Assembly (NCBI GenBank): GCA_963845065.1
Contig: CAWJQQ010000009.1
Location: 32,001-96,000, forward strand
DNA: 64,000 nucleotides
Origin: Nitrospirota bacterium
Lineage (GTDB): Bacteria > Nitrospirota > UBA9217
Direction of reading: 5' to 3'
In this document: positions 28,951-38,624 of the stretch, in pieces
Numbering within the stretch: position 1 is the stretch's first letter
Layout of the letters: the number at the start of each line of letters is the position of its first letter
Position numbers and translations under genes: made by a program
The notes under the pieces: model-generated
Told to the model about the DNA's origin: nothing
Database searches by the model: none
Seen by the model: the letters and a program-made list of their open reading frames with translations, nothing else

Positions 28951-30357
28951 TTATTCGTGGGCTATTTTCAGCTTTTTCATCTTTCTCCAAAGGGTGCTCG
29001 TGTTTATCCCCAACTCGTTGGCTGCGTTGCCGCGATGGCCCTGGTTCCTCTTTAATGCCTCTTTTATAATTTCTGTTTCTGATGCTCCGAAGCGGCCCCG
29101 CAACGTACGGTTATCCAGATGGTTGTCTGACTCCATAACTGCCTCTCTAAATTCCCTGGGGAGATGTTCAGGCTTGATTTCGTTGCCACGGCACATGACA
29201 AATGCGTGCTCCAAGAGGTTCTCCAGTTCACGAATGTTCCCCGGGAAATTGTGGCTCATAAAAAGCCGCATCACATCATCTGAGATGCGGGTAATATTCT
29301 TTCCCGTGCTGATGGTCAATTTTTTGAGCACGTGATCAACAAGAAGAGGAATATCTTCTTTTCGATCGCGAAGCGGCGGGAGTTCCAGCCTGACTATGTC
29401 GAGGCGATAGAAAAGATCTTCACGAAAGGACTTCTCCACAACCATCTCCGACAGGTTGTGATTGGTAGCGGCTATAATCCGCACATCCGCTTTCATGGGA
29501 CCGGTGGCCCCCAGAGGTTCATATTCCTTTTCCTGCAGAACGCGAAGCAGCTTCGCCTGCAGCGTAAAAGGGAGGTCCCCGATTTCATCCAGAAAGAGAG
29601 TTCCGCCGCAGGCAAGGGCGAAACGTCCCGGCTTGTCCCGTTTGGCGTCCGTGAACGCCCCGCGCTTATATCCGAAAAGCTCTGATTCCAGAAGATTATC
29701 GGGAAGCGCGCCGCAATTGACGGCGACAAACGGACCTTTGCTCCTTCTGCTCAGGTTATGCATGGCCCGTGCGAACAGCTCTTTTCCCGTGCCGCTTTCC
29801 CCCTGAATGAGAATGGTGCTCTCACTTTCGGCGATATACGGAAGTGTGTCGAATATCGCGCGGATTTCGTGATTCTTGCTGATAATATCTTCGAACGAAT
29901 AGTCCCGGAGGATTTGTTTTTTGAGGGCCTCCAGCGCAGAGAGGTCGCGGAATGTTTCTACACCACCGATGATATTGCACTTTTCGTCCTTCAGGACGGC
30001 AGTACTAATGGATACAGGAATTTCTCTTCCTTCCCGGTTCAGGATATTCACAGGCTGGTCGATGATTTCTTTGCCGGTTTTTAAGGTCTTGCGCAGAGCG
30101 CACGAGGACTGGCATATATCGGCATGCAGGATATCGAAACATTTCTGACCGATGGCCTGAGAGGAGGTTATCCCCGTTATGCGTTCAGCAGCCCGGTTGA
30201 ACGAGGTGATATCCCAGTCCTTGTCCACGGTAAAGACCCCGTCCGCGATGCTGTCGAGAATAACCTTGGTCGCCACTGCCTGAACTGTCTTTTCCTTGCC
30301 TGACCTTGCGCTATAATTTTTCGTAATCATATGCCCCGTTCGTCTCTTTTTCTTCAT
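28951..30357 (-). CDS. PAS-domain sigma-54 activator, OrpR-like
   Basis: PAS domain with C-x8-C-x3-C, GESGTGKE, GAFTDA, C-terminal HTH; start may be 30330. Confidence 0.9.
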   Translation of the reverse strand: MKKKRRTGHMITKNYSARSGKEKTVQAVATKVILDSIADGVFTVDKDWDITSFNRAAERITGITSSQAIGQKCFDILHADICQSSCALRKTLKTGKEIIDQPVNILNREGREIPVSISTAVLKDEKCNIIGGVETFRDLSALEALKKQILRDYSFEDIISKNHEIRAIFDTLPYIAESESTILIQGESGTGKELFARAMHNLSRRSKGPFVAVNCGALPDNLLESELFGYKRGAFTDAKRDKPGRFALACGGTLFLDEIGDLPFTLQAKLLRVLQEKEYEPLGATGPMKADVRIIAATNHNLSEMVVEKSFREDLFYRLDIVRLELPPLRDRKEDIPLLVDHVLKKLTISTGKNITRISDDVMRLFMSHNFPGNIRELENLLEHAFVMCRGNEIKPEHLPREFREAVMESDNHLDNRTLRGRFGASETEIIKEALKRNQGHRGNAANELGINTSTLWRKMKKLKIAHE

Positions 30358-30393
30358 GCACTTGATGCTTTGATATCAACACAAGGCGCCCTT

Positions 30394-30573
30394 TATATGC
30401 TTATCAAGTCTGTCAGCGGGCGCTTCTCGGTTTCGGATAGGGAACAAGGCCTTGAGCTCATCCAGGGAGAGGGATACCCGCTCCACTTCGGACATCGGGA
30501 TTCCCGTGGGCTTGAACGCCTTTCCTTTGAAGCTTCACCGGCATTGCTGCGGCTTTTTATATCTCTGAGACAT
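30394..30573 (-). pseudogene. DUF134-family remnant
   Basis: MSQRYKKPQQCR*SFKGKAFKPTGIPMSEVERVSLSLDELKAL; the HTH part is missing. Confidence 0.65.
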
Positions 30574-30681
30574 ACTGCTCCTCTTTTTTATGTGTGCACA
30601 TGCACAAAACCTAACAGATGTTCCGGCGGTTGTCAAGATTTATTACCCCGACTACTCAATTGTTATATTAGAGCCCGCTGA

Positions 30682-30749
30682 ACAACGTACCGCGCATTCC
30701 CCCTGCTAGGCGATGAAGCGCCAGGAGGGGGTCAAGCGGGACGGTTTAT
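30682..30749. repeat. 68-bp hairpin direct repeat, copy 1
   Basis: Matches 31803-31870 at all but one position. Confidence 0.95.
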
Positions 30750-31042
30750 TTTTTGTGACTTTTCTTTGGTCGATTGCCGTGTTTTATAACGCTGTAGAGG
30801 TCGAGACAATTATCACAATGAGCTCGTTGCCAAGTATCAGGTTCAGCAGTAATGATGTAACGATCAGGATGCTCGGTAACAGAAAGAACTTTTAGTGTAA
30901 GCAGGTTACGGACGTCCAAAAGCTACTCCATTCTAATTTCGGGTATCCGAATTTTGAGGTTAATTCTTACTGCAATGAACAATTGACAAAACCGGTCGAA
31001 CGGGATTACAATGTAAGCACATTTGAAAGGACGATGTATATC

Positions 31043-31291
31043 ATGAAAACCCATTTAATTCAAGTTGGAAATTCACGCGGTATAAGGCTGCCAAAGCCTC
31101 TTATCTTACAGGCCGGGCTGACTGATGAGGTGGAGCTTCACATAAAAGATGGTGCTATAGTTATAGAGAATGCATCTTCGCCTCGTGAAGGATGGGCTAA
31201 AGCTGCCAAGGCAATGCATGATCGATCTGAGGATATATTGCTTATGCCATCCAATCCTACTCGTTTTGACGAAAAGGATTGGAATTGGTAA
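31043..31291 (+). CDS. mazE: AbrB/MazE-family antitoxin
   Basis: IQVGNSRGIRLPK, PREGW; upstream TTGACA...TACAAT. Confidence 0.9.
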   Translation: MKTHLIQVGNSRGIRLPKPLILQAGLTDEVELHIKDGAIVIENASSPREGWAKAAKAMHDRSEDILLMPSNPTRFDEKDWNW

Positions 31292-31620
31292 TGTCTGATA
31301 CTGTGCGCCGTGGTGATGTATTCCTGATCTCGCTAGATCCTACCCGTGGTGAGGAAATACGAAAATCACGTCCTTGCGTAGTAATTTCTCCAGATGAACT
31401 TAACGCATACTTGCACACGTACATCGTCGCGCCCCTTACCACAGGAAGCCACCAATATCCTTTTCGTATCTCATGCCGATTTCAAGGTCGTGCAGGCCAT
31501 ATCGTTCTGGATCAGATTCGCACAGTCGATCGTGAGCGTATGGTTAAAAAACTCGGCAAACTCCCATCGTCTACACTTACAAATGTTCTAGCAATTTTGC
31601 AGGAGATGTTCACGCTTTGA
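31291..31620 (+). CDS. mazF: PemK/MazF-family toxin
   Basis: RGDVFLISLDPTRGEEIRKSRPCVVIS, APLTT, DQIRTVD. Confidence 0.93.
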   Translation: MSDTVRRGDVFLISLDPTRGEEIRKSRPCVVISPDELNAYLHTYIVAPLTTGSHQYPFRISCRFQGRAGHIVLDQIRTVDRERMVKKLGKLPSSTLTNVLAILQEMFTL

Positions 31621-31802
31621 CGTTACTCCCACCTTTTTTTAAATCATGTGAGGTTTCCAAAACAACCTCAAAATTCGGAACGGGATGTGTATCACAAATG
31701 GCTAAAACAACCCTTAAATCCGGAAAGCCAAAAAAACTTGGATCATAGGCGGCTTTGGGACTGCTATAGGCGCGGGCATCGGTGGCTATATTTCTGCATT
31801 GC

Positions 31803-31870
31803 ACAACGTACCGCGCATTCCCCCTGCTAGGCGATGGAGCGCCAGGAGGGGGTCAAGCGGGACGGTTTAT
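31803..31870. repeat. 68-bp hairpin direct repeat, copy 2
   Basis: See 30682-30749. Confidence 0.95.
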
Positions 31871-32239
31871 AAAACCTGTCCTTGAATCGCTCACAACGCC
31901 TTCCTTTTCTTGAGCTCTGAACGCAATCCTGCTGGAATAGGTCGACACCCACACTTCTTGACATGTGCCACGTGCCAGCGTATTCGTTCTTCGAGTGAGG
32001 CCTTCTGAGGCATCTTGTTTATCTTATGCCATTCCTTGTTCATTTTTCTCTCCGCAGGTATTTCCTCAGGCTTCGGATCAACTTAACACCCATGGTGCAA
32101 AAATCATGGATGTAACAAACATTATCAATGCCATCCAAATATCAAGACTTCAGAAAGAAACCCTTCACTCTACTAAAATGCTAAATTTTAAAGCATGCAA
32201 TTTATCAAAACATATTTTCAACGGTTCGTAGCCGCCGTT

Positions 32240-33058
32240 CTACTTCCAGTTTATTCTTGCTTCTTTCCTGAGCGGAATACGGTAATATTTGTACTTTGGG
32301 TACCCAACCATCATCGCGCCGTAACAAGTATACCCTGCCGGCAGAGCTAGATCTTTCTGGAGCGGAGGCCAGACGCGCGCTGCACGATCGAAATACCCGG
32401 CCCAACATGCACCTAATCCGTTTGCCTGCGCAGCGAGCTCCAGATAGGCCAAAGCGATCGTGCAGGCGGACTGTGCCATCATGTTGTCCTTGTGTGCGTA
32501 AGTGATGACCATATGCGGAGCGCTTCGACAGACGCCGTCAATGCCCTTTTCCCATGCGTCCACAACGCGTTGAAGCAGAAGCAACCTTGCATAATCAGGC
32601 TTCTCCTGAATCATGTATCTCATCCAGTCGATTACTACCCCTGTGAGCCGCCTGACCTCTGATGTGTTGTGGATAATGAGCCACTCGACAGGCCCTGTAT
32701 TGTGGCCCGAAGGGCCAGCTGAAGCAGTTCCTACAATGCGTGCGAGATCAACGCGGTCTACTGCATCACTTCTGTACGCGCGGATAGACCTTCGTCCGCG
32801 AAGAAACTGTTCAGCCTGCTCCGCCTTGAGCGAAAGCTCCGTTTTGATCGGTGTGCATTGTTCCGATGTCATTGCGCTGTGTGAAAGTGCACCTGTGGGG
32901 CATGCGGCAACACAGTGTCCGCATCTAATGCATAAATCCTCAGCGTCCTTGGTGGGTGTAGGGACCGAGTCCATATTCTCGATGATTCCGAGTGGGCAGA
33001 CAGCGACACAAATATTATCTTTATTACATTTGGATGTGTCAACAACAAAAAGGCTCAT
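32240..33058 (-). CDS. Nitroreductase with N-terminal 4Fe-4S domain
   Basis: CIRCGHCVAACP, RRSIR, GLGACWAG, VGYP. Confidence 0.92.
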   Translation of the reverse strand: MSLFVVDTSKCNKDNICVAVCPLGIIENMDSVPTPTKDAEDLCIRCGHCVAACPTGALSHSAMTSEQCTPIKTELSLKAEQAEQFLRGRRSIRAYRSDAVDRVDLARIVGTASAGPSGHNTGPVEWLIIHNTSEVRRLTGVVIDWMRYMIQEKPDYARLLLLQRVVDAWEKGIDGVCRSAPHMVITYAHKDNMMAQSACTIALAYLELAAQANGLGACWAGYFDRAARVWPPLQKDLALPAGYTCYGAMMVGYPKYKYYRIPLRKEARINWK

Positions 33059-33148
33059 ATGATCACCTCCGCAAGTTATCAACTATGACCTCAAGATCTT
33101 TTTTGTATGATTTTATAAATTTCATGATGGTAGAAAATTTTGTTCGTA

Positions 33149-36100
33149 TCAAGCAAGCAATGAATTTAATGTTTTCTGCAAATCGTCTAGAATGTAAGGT
33201 TTTTTGAGGAAGGACCGGAAACCCTGTTTACGATAATTCGACAGGGCTGCATCATCAGAATAGCCGCTCGATACGACAGCCTTTACGTCAGGATCAATAT
33301 CGACCAGTCTTCTCAGAGCCTCCATTCCGCCCATCCCTCCCCGGATAGTCAGATCCAGGATGACAACATCGAAAGGTCGACCGGCTTCCCGCTCGGCCCG
33401 ATAGGCTTCCAGCGCTGCTTCGCCTGTTTGCGCAAATGCAACATCATGACCTAATGTGGTCAGCATTTCTCCCGCAACTGCTCTGATTATCTCCTCATCA
33501 TCCATGACAAGGATCCTGCCCTTCTTCTTAGCTGCCGTGTTCGCCGGGCATTTTGGTTCTTCCAGCTCTGCATGAGATGCAGGAAGATAGATAAAAAAGG
33601 TGGTCCCTTTGCTGACCTCAGATTGTACACGGACCAGACCTCCATGGTTGTTGATGATGGAATAAACGGTGGCGAGTCCCAGCCCGCTCCCTTTCTCTTT
33701 GGTCGTGAAGTAAGGGTCGAATATCTTCGTCAGATGCTCTGCAGGGATTCCCATGCCTTGGTCTTGGATTGCTATCTCCACAAGATCACCCTGCAGGTCG
33801 GCAGGCGGGACAATCGTCGCGGCGGGCATATTCCGGACAGATACGCGGATCATGCCGCCCATCGGCATCGCCTGATCGGCGTTCAACACGATGTTCTGTA
33901 TTACTTGGCCAATCTGTCCCTCATCTGCTTCGACTGCGTGGAGATTCTCATCGATAACTATTTCATGGTTGATGCGAGAACCGCTCAGGGCGAACGATAC
34001 CGAGTTCTCGATCAATGGCCGGAGAGCAAAGGTTTTCTTCACCGGCCTTCCGCCTTTGGAAAAGGTAAGGAGTTGGGAGGTGAGGTTAACTGACTGATGC
34101 AATGCCTTTTCCGCCTGCGTGAGCATGGAGAGCGACTTCTCCTTCTGATCGAAAGTAAGTTTGGCCATGGAGATGTAGCCGAAAATACCCTGCAGAAGAT
34201 TGTTGAAGTCATGAGCGATTCCACCGGCGAGAGTACCGATGGACTCGAGCTTCTGTGTCTTGAGCCTTTCATCCTCAATGAGGCGTTGATCCGTGATATC
34301 CCACACGATACCGTTGACCCTGACGGGTTGTCCCTTGTCGTCGCGGACCAGTCTGCCGCGGGCCGCAACATAATGGATGCTTTCGTCAGGCCAAACAACG
34401 CGATATGTTGTCTCGTAGTTTACATTCTGTTCAATGGCCCGGGCGAGCGTTGTTTTGATCTTTTCGTGATCCTCTGGATGCACTGCCCGGAAGAATTCAT
34501 CCAAGGCCCCAGTAAAGGCCTTCACATCGATTCCCATCAATTGACAGGTCAGGTCATCGAAATAGTGCTTTTTTTGCTTGATATCGAAGTGCCAAACGCC
34601 CATATGTGCGGACTGCAGCGCAAGATCGAGCCGTTCCTGGTTCTCGCGCAGTGCGTCCTCCGCCCGCTTCCGTTCAGTGATGTCACGGGTAACATTAACG
34701 ATATAGGGGATGTGATCGATCTCGATGAGTGAAGCAGACATCAATCCATAGATTATTCGCGAATCCTTCGTGCGGAAGTGCGCTTCCAGGTTCTTAACCT
34801 CTCCCTGCTTCCGCAACCCATCCACAAGTTTTTGCCGATCTGCCGGATCAGCCCAAATATCCAGCTCAAGTGAGGTTTTGCCGATGACATCGTTAGCGGT
34901 GTAGCCAGTTATCGCAGTAAATCCGTCATTGATTGAAACATACATCCCGTCCTGAAGTCGGTTGATGTTAATCGAATCGGGACTGGTCATGAACACCTTG
35001 CGAAATTTTTCCTCGCTAGTCCGCAGCACTTCCTCCATCTGCTTTCGTTCGGTGACGTCGAGGACGGCACCGATGGTCCGTACTGGGCGGCGCTCATCGC
35101 CTTCGACTTCAAATAACGTCTGTGATCGTTCCTTCAGCCAGCGGACGGTGCCGTCTCGGCGTATGATCCGAAACTCAACGTCCCGGATTCCATCCCCCAC
35201 AGGATCGTGTGAGTGTCGGATAGCAGCCGCAACGCTATCGAAATCCTCAGGGTGGATGAGATCGAGAAACATCTGCAGGGTTATCGATTCATCCGGGCCC
35301 CATCCGAGGATTATCCGCTGCTGCGGCGACCAGTAGATGGTGCCCATGTGCTGGTCGTGATCGAAGATGCCGATCTGAGAAACGCTGACGGCCTGGCGTA
35401 ATCGTTCGTCCCGTTCGCGCAGTGCTTCCTCTGATTGCCTGCGCTGGGTGATGTCGTATGCAGCATAAACGATCCCAACCGGTGAATTGTCCAATGAATT
35501 TGTGATTGCGGATACGGACACGATGACGTCGAATCGCTGCCCGCTCCTACTGTGCCATGTCATCTCATGAGAAGAGGAGTCCCCGCTCGAGAGCGCGGGG
35601 GTGTTGAATTTGGCTAGCGCGGGAAGAATTGACCCTATATCCATGCCGAGGAGTTCTGATTTTTGATAACCAAGCATCTCCTCGGCTATGCGGCTGGTCA
35701 CTCTGATCTGGCCTTTGAGGTCTATAACGATCACCGCACTCTGCATGGTCTCCAGAATTCTATCCGCGGCCAACTCAGGAGTGATATCTGTGAATTGGTA
35801 TCGCATGATGATGTAGGCGCTCACTACAATAAAGAAGCCTATAGGGAGATATCCGAATGGATAGATGGGAATGCCAAAGGCCGGAAGAAAGTCAACTGCG
35901 CCCAGATAACCAATGCTAAAGGCTATCAGCAGCCCTTTCAATCTTTTCTTCTGTCGCACTGTTGAACTTTGCCGGTATGCAAACCAGTAGAGACGGAGGA
36001 CAAAAATCATGATAATAGAAAAAAACCCCAGGAAGACAAAACCCAGAGGTCCATACTGAGCAAACCTGCCCCAGAAGAACTGGGTGCTCCCCTTGACCTG

Positions 36101-36484
36101 CAGATCAGTGAAAAAGGATCCGAACGTAATTAGCGTTGATAGAACGAAGCTGGATGCGACGGCGAAACGATACCGATGGCGCAGGTTGAGACGATCTACG
36201 GTCGAGAGAAGTATGGTGGAGGGGATGAAGACAGATCCCAGTTGAGCGATCCTGATCCAGAGCAGCGACAGACCCTCGTCGCGGCTTGCATAGTTTGCTC
36301 CGGTAGCAAATAAATAAAAACCGATACTCAGGCACATGAAAAGGAAAGAGATTCCGATCCGGGATCCATGTTCCCGGATAAGAATGAAAAAACCAAGGAA
36401 GGTAATCGCCGCTCCCACAATGAACATGGGGAACGCGTAGCCATTAAAAAAATAGTTTTCTGGATTCAGTATCTGAACGATCAC
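33149..36484 (-). CDS. Hybrid histidine kinase (7TM sensor, four PAS, HisKA/HATPase, receiver)
   Basis: GGIAHDFNN, GSGLGL, LVMDDE...ILDL. Confidence 0.93.
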   Translation of the reverse strand: MIVQILNPENYFFNGYAFPMFIVGAAITFLGFFILIREHGSRIGISFLFMCLSIGFYLFATGANYASRDEGLSLLWIRIAQLGSVFIPSTILLSTVDRLNLRHRYRFAVASSFVLSTLITFGSFFTDLQVKGSTQFFWGRFAQYGPLGFVFLGFFSIIMIFVLRLYWFAYRQSSTVRQKKRLKGLLIAFSIGYLGAVDFLPAFGIPIYPFGYLPIGFFIVVSAYIIMRYQFTDITPELAADRILETMQSAVIVIDLKGQIRVTSRIAEEMLGYQKSELLGMDIGSILPALAKFNTPALSSGDSSSHEMTWHSRSGQRFDVIVSVSAITNSLDNSPVGIVYAAYDITQRRQSEEALRERDERLRQAVSVSQIGIFDHDQHMGTIYWSPQQRIILGWGPDESITLQMFLDLIHPEDFDSVAAAIRHSHDPVGDGIRDVEFRIIRRDGTVRWLKERSQTLFEVEGDERRPVRTIGAVLDVTERKQMEEVLRTSEEKFRKVFMTSPDSININRLQDGMYVSINDGFTAITGYTANDVIGKTSLELDIWADPADRQKLVDGLRKQGEVKNLEAHFRTKDSRIIYGLMSASLIEIDHIPYIVNVTRDITERKRAEDALRENQERLDLALQSAHMGVWHFDIKQKKHYFDDLTCQLMGIDVKAFTGALDEFFRAVHPEDHEKIKTTLARAIEQNVNYETTYRVVWPDESIHYVAARGRLVRDDKGQPVRVNGIVWDITDQRLIEDERLKTQKLESIGTLAGGIAHDFNNLLQGIFGYISMAKLTFDQKEKSLSMLTQAEKALHQSVNLTSQLLTFSKGGRPVKKTFALRPLIENSVSFALSGSRINHEIVIDENLHAVEADEGQIGQVIQNIVLNADQAMPMGGMIRVSVRNMPAATIVPPADLQGDLVEIAIQDQGMGIPAEHLTKIFDPYFTTKEKGSGLGLATVYSIINNHGGLVRVQSEVSKGTTFFIYLPASHAELEEPKCPANTAAKKKGRILVMDDEEIIRAVAGEMLTTLGHDVAFAQTGEAALEAYRAEREAGRPFDVVILDLTIRGGMGGMEALRRLVDIDPDVKAVVSSGYSDDAALSNYRKQGFRSFLKKPYILDDLQKTLNSLLA

Positions 36485-36869
36485 AACCCCTCCACTGAGA
36501 CTCTCAAGGACGATACCGGAAGCCTCTATTATGCTTCAATTCGTTTCCGCCGAAGAATGTAAACTGATATGTTTCATGGCATTGTCCAAGTTTAAGTGTC
36601 CGATAAGGTGAACGCAGTGCACTTCGTAGATGTAACCCGTGAACATGCTGAACGAGAACTGCCTCAGCATAACTTATAACCGGAGTATAAAGAGGAAACG
36701 CTATGATTTATGCGTACCTGATTGTAGCTCAGAATGTAACTTTTTGTCAATCATTTGAATGAGTTTTTTAAAGGATTATCTATCACGCTGAAAGAAAATA
36801 CTTTTAAAGGATGTAGGTTGCACCGGAGTCTTAGATGTCAATTCTGCAAATGATTTGTGCAGTTCCTGG

Positions 36870-37041
36870 AAGATGCATTCTGAAGCCTTAAGCCTTTTGA
36901 ATACTTCTTCTGATAACCTCTCGCATGGCCGGCAGGATCAATTATTAGACAACTTAATCCTTCCTGACTGATACCCAGTGGAGAAAATATGTGCTGTCGC
37001 ATGCAGTCGCAATAACTTAGACCCGAGGTCGCTTCAATCAC
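36870..37041 (-). pseudogene. Serine hydrolase/beta-lactamase-family fragment
   Basis: IEATSGLSY...HIFSPLG...ARGY. Confidence 0.5.
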
Positions 37042-37044
37042 CTT

Positions 37045-37215
37045 GCCAAGTTGCCAGCAGGCTCAACAAGCTGCGGATGGCATGAAGCCTACTCCACTTC
37101 ATCAGTAATTCACAAATTCCAGTTGAAGCAAGGTCGCGCCCGAGCGCGAGTAGTTTGTGTTTAGTAGGCATAATCGCGATCAATGTAAAGGGCACGATCA
37201 AAGAGATCAACTCAG
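37045..37215 (-). pseudogene. DUF1772-like membrane protein fragment
   Basis: VPFTLIAIMPT..KLL...WSRLHAIRS. Confidence 0.55.
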
Positions 37216-37281
37216 CACTGCACCGGCACACCACATGATACCACCGCCGACTAAATCTGGATAGAAAGTAGTCTAAGCTGT

Positions 37282-37755
37282 CTAAGTTGGCTTAAAAACC
37301 ATCAAGTAAAGATTAATCAAGGGCAGTATTGTCGCGATTATTCCGAAAACGATCCAAAGCCGTCCGATGCGCCAGTACATTCCCGGAATCTCACTGCCGA
37401 CGGCAAAAGCCTTGGCAATACGTGCCTGTTTAATCTGAACGGGTATGAGGATAAGTATCCAGATTATTCCTGATGCGATGAACAACCAAAGCCCCCATGC
37501 TAACCAACGTATGTGCCAATAATCCATGTTGAGGAGATGGGCATTTACGATTCCAGTAATAAGAATTAGCAATGCTCCACCTGCAGTAAAAATAATGTCG
37601 GTCAACGTAACCTGGCGCTGTGCATAGGCGACTACCCTGGATTGTTTTGTACGATCTGCCATAGTTTTCCACCAAGCGGTGATAATGATATTACCGAGGA
37701 AAAATACAACTCCTAAGATATGAAGACTCTTTAGAAAAAGATATGTGTTAGTCAT
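37282..37755 (-). CDS. DUF2269-family membrane protein
   Basis: LKSLHIL...GNI, C-terminal YLMVFKP. Confidence 0.85.
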   Translation of the reverse strand: MTNTYLFLKSLHILGVVFFLGNIIITAWWKTMADRTKQSRVVAYAQRQVTLTDIIFTAGGALLILITGIVNAHLLNMDYWHIRWLAWGLWLFIASGIIWILILIPVQIKQARIAKAFAVGSEIPGMYWRIGRLWIVFGIIATILPLINLYLMVFKPT

Positions 37756-38011
37756 TTGATCATTTCTCCTTTGAAATAATGTTTAACTATGATCATGGCC
37801 TAAGCACAAATACGGTCTTGCACGCTGCGAATTACTGCTGACAGGCTCCTCCGGATCGTATTTATGTTGATTTTATGAGTCAAATATAGCACAGGTGGCA
37901 ATTTACATCTAGCATCTTGTGCATGATATCGTTAGTACAGATTGATCGCGTACTACAATCCTCCGGTCACATTATACAGATACCCAGAGGCCACACTGAA
38001 AAGGAGAAACC

Positions 38012-38462
38012 ATGCAAATATCAGATGCCATAAGAACTTTCAGGACGCAGCAGGTCGCAACTTTGAGACACAACACACAAGTTCACTACGTCTCGCTGCT
38101 AGATCACATCCAGCAGCATTTTGGTGGTAGAGAAATAGAGTCAATAACGGCTGGCGAGGTCGGTCTGTTTCTCGAGTCGCAGACCGCGAATAAGGCTAAG
38201 TCAACACGTCGGCTGATGTATGCGCAGGTTAAAGCATTCTTCAATTTTCTAATCAATGAGTGTCTCATGGACATCAAGAATCCTTGTTCACATCCGCTGA
38301 TTGCGAGGCAGTACAAGAATCCCAAACCGAGCACCACGGGAAATAACTGATAAAGAGCTTGTAGATCAACTGATTTACAGTACAAAGTCTGACAGAGATC
38401 GTCTTATACTTGAACTGCAGGCGCGATGCGGATTAAGAATCGGAGAGGTGCTGCCCGGCCTG
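38012..38462 (+). pseudogene. Tyrosine recombinase/integrase N-terminal remnant
   Basis: SAM-like domain (KSTRR...KAFFNF...NPC), frameshift, then RDRLILELQARCGLRIGEVL and truncation. Confidence 0.8.
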
Positions 38463-38624
38463 TGATAGTTAGTTCTTCATAAGACTATTTAAATAGGGCT
38501 TGACATTTATATTATGTATTATATACTATTGTATACTTATGTATGACTTAGGAAAGGAAATAAAGCATGCTGCAAATAAATCTGTCATTGCAAAAACTTT
38601 TACAAAAAAATCTATAAGGAGGAA

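Noticed and set aside
30535..30537. UGA next to Cys in the DUF134 remnant as a second selenocysteine
   Set aside because: The gene is also truncated downstream, so a nonsense mutation in a pseudogene is simpler.
33572..36335. Numerous 60-210 aa ORFs overlapping the hybrid kinase and other long genes
   Set aside because: Antisense or alternate-frame ORFs with no recognisable motifs.
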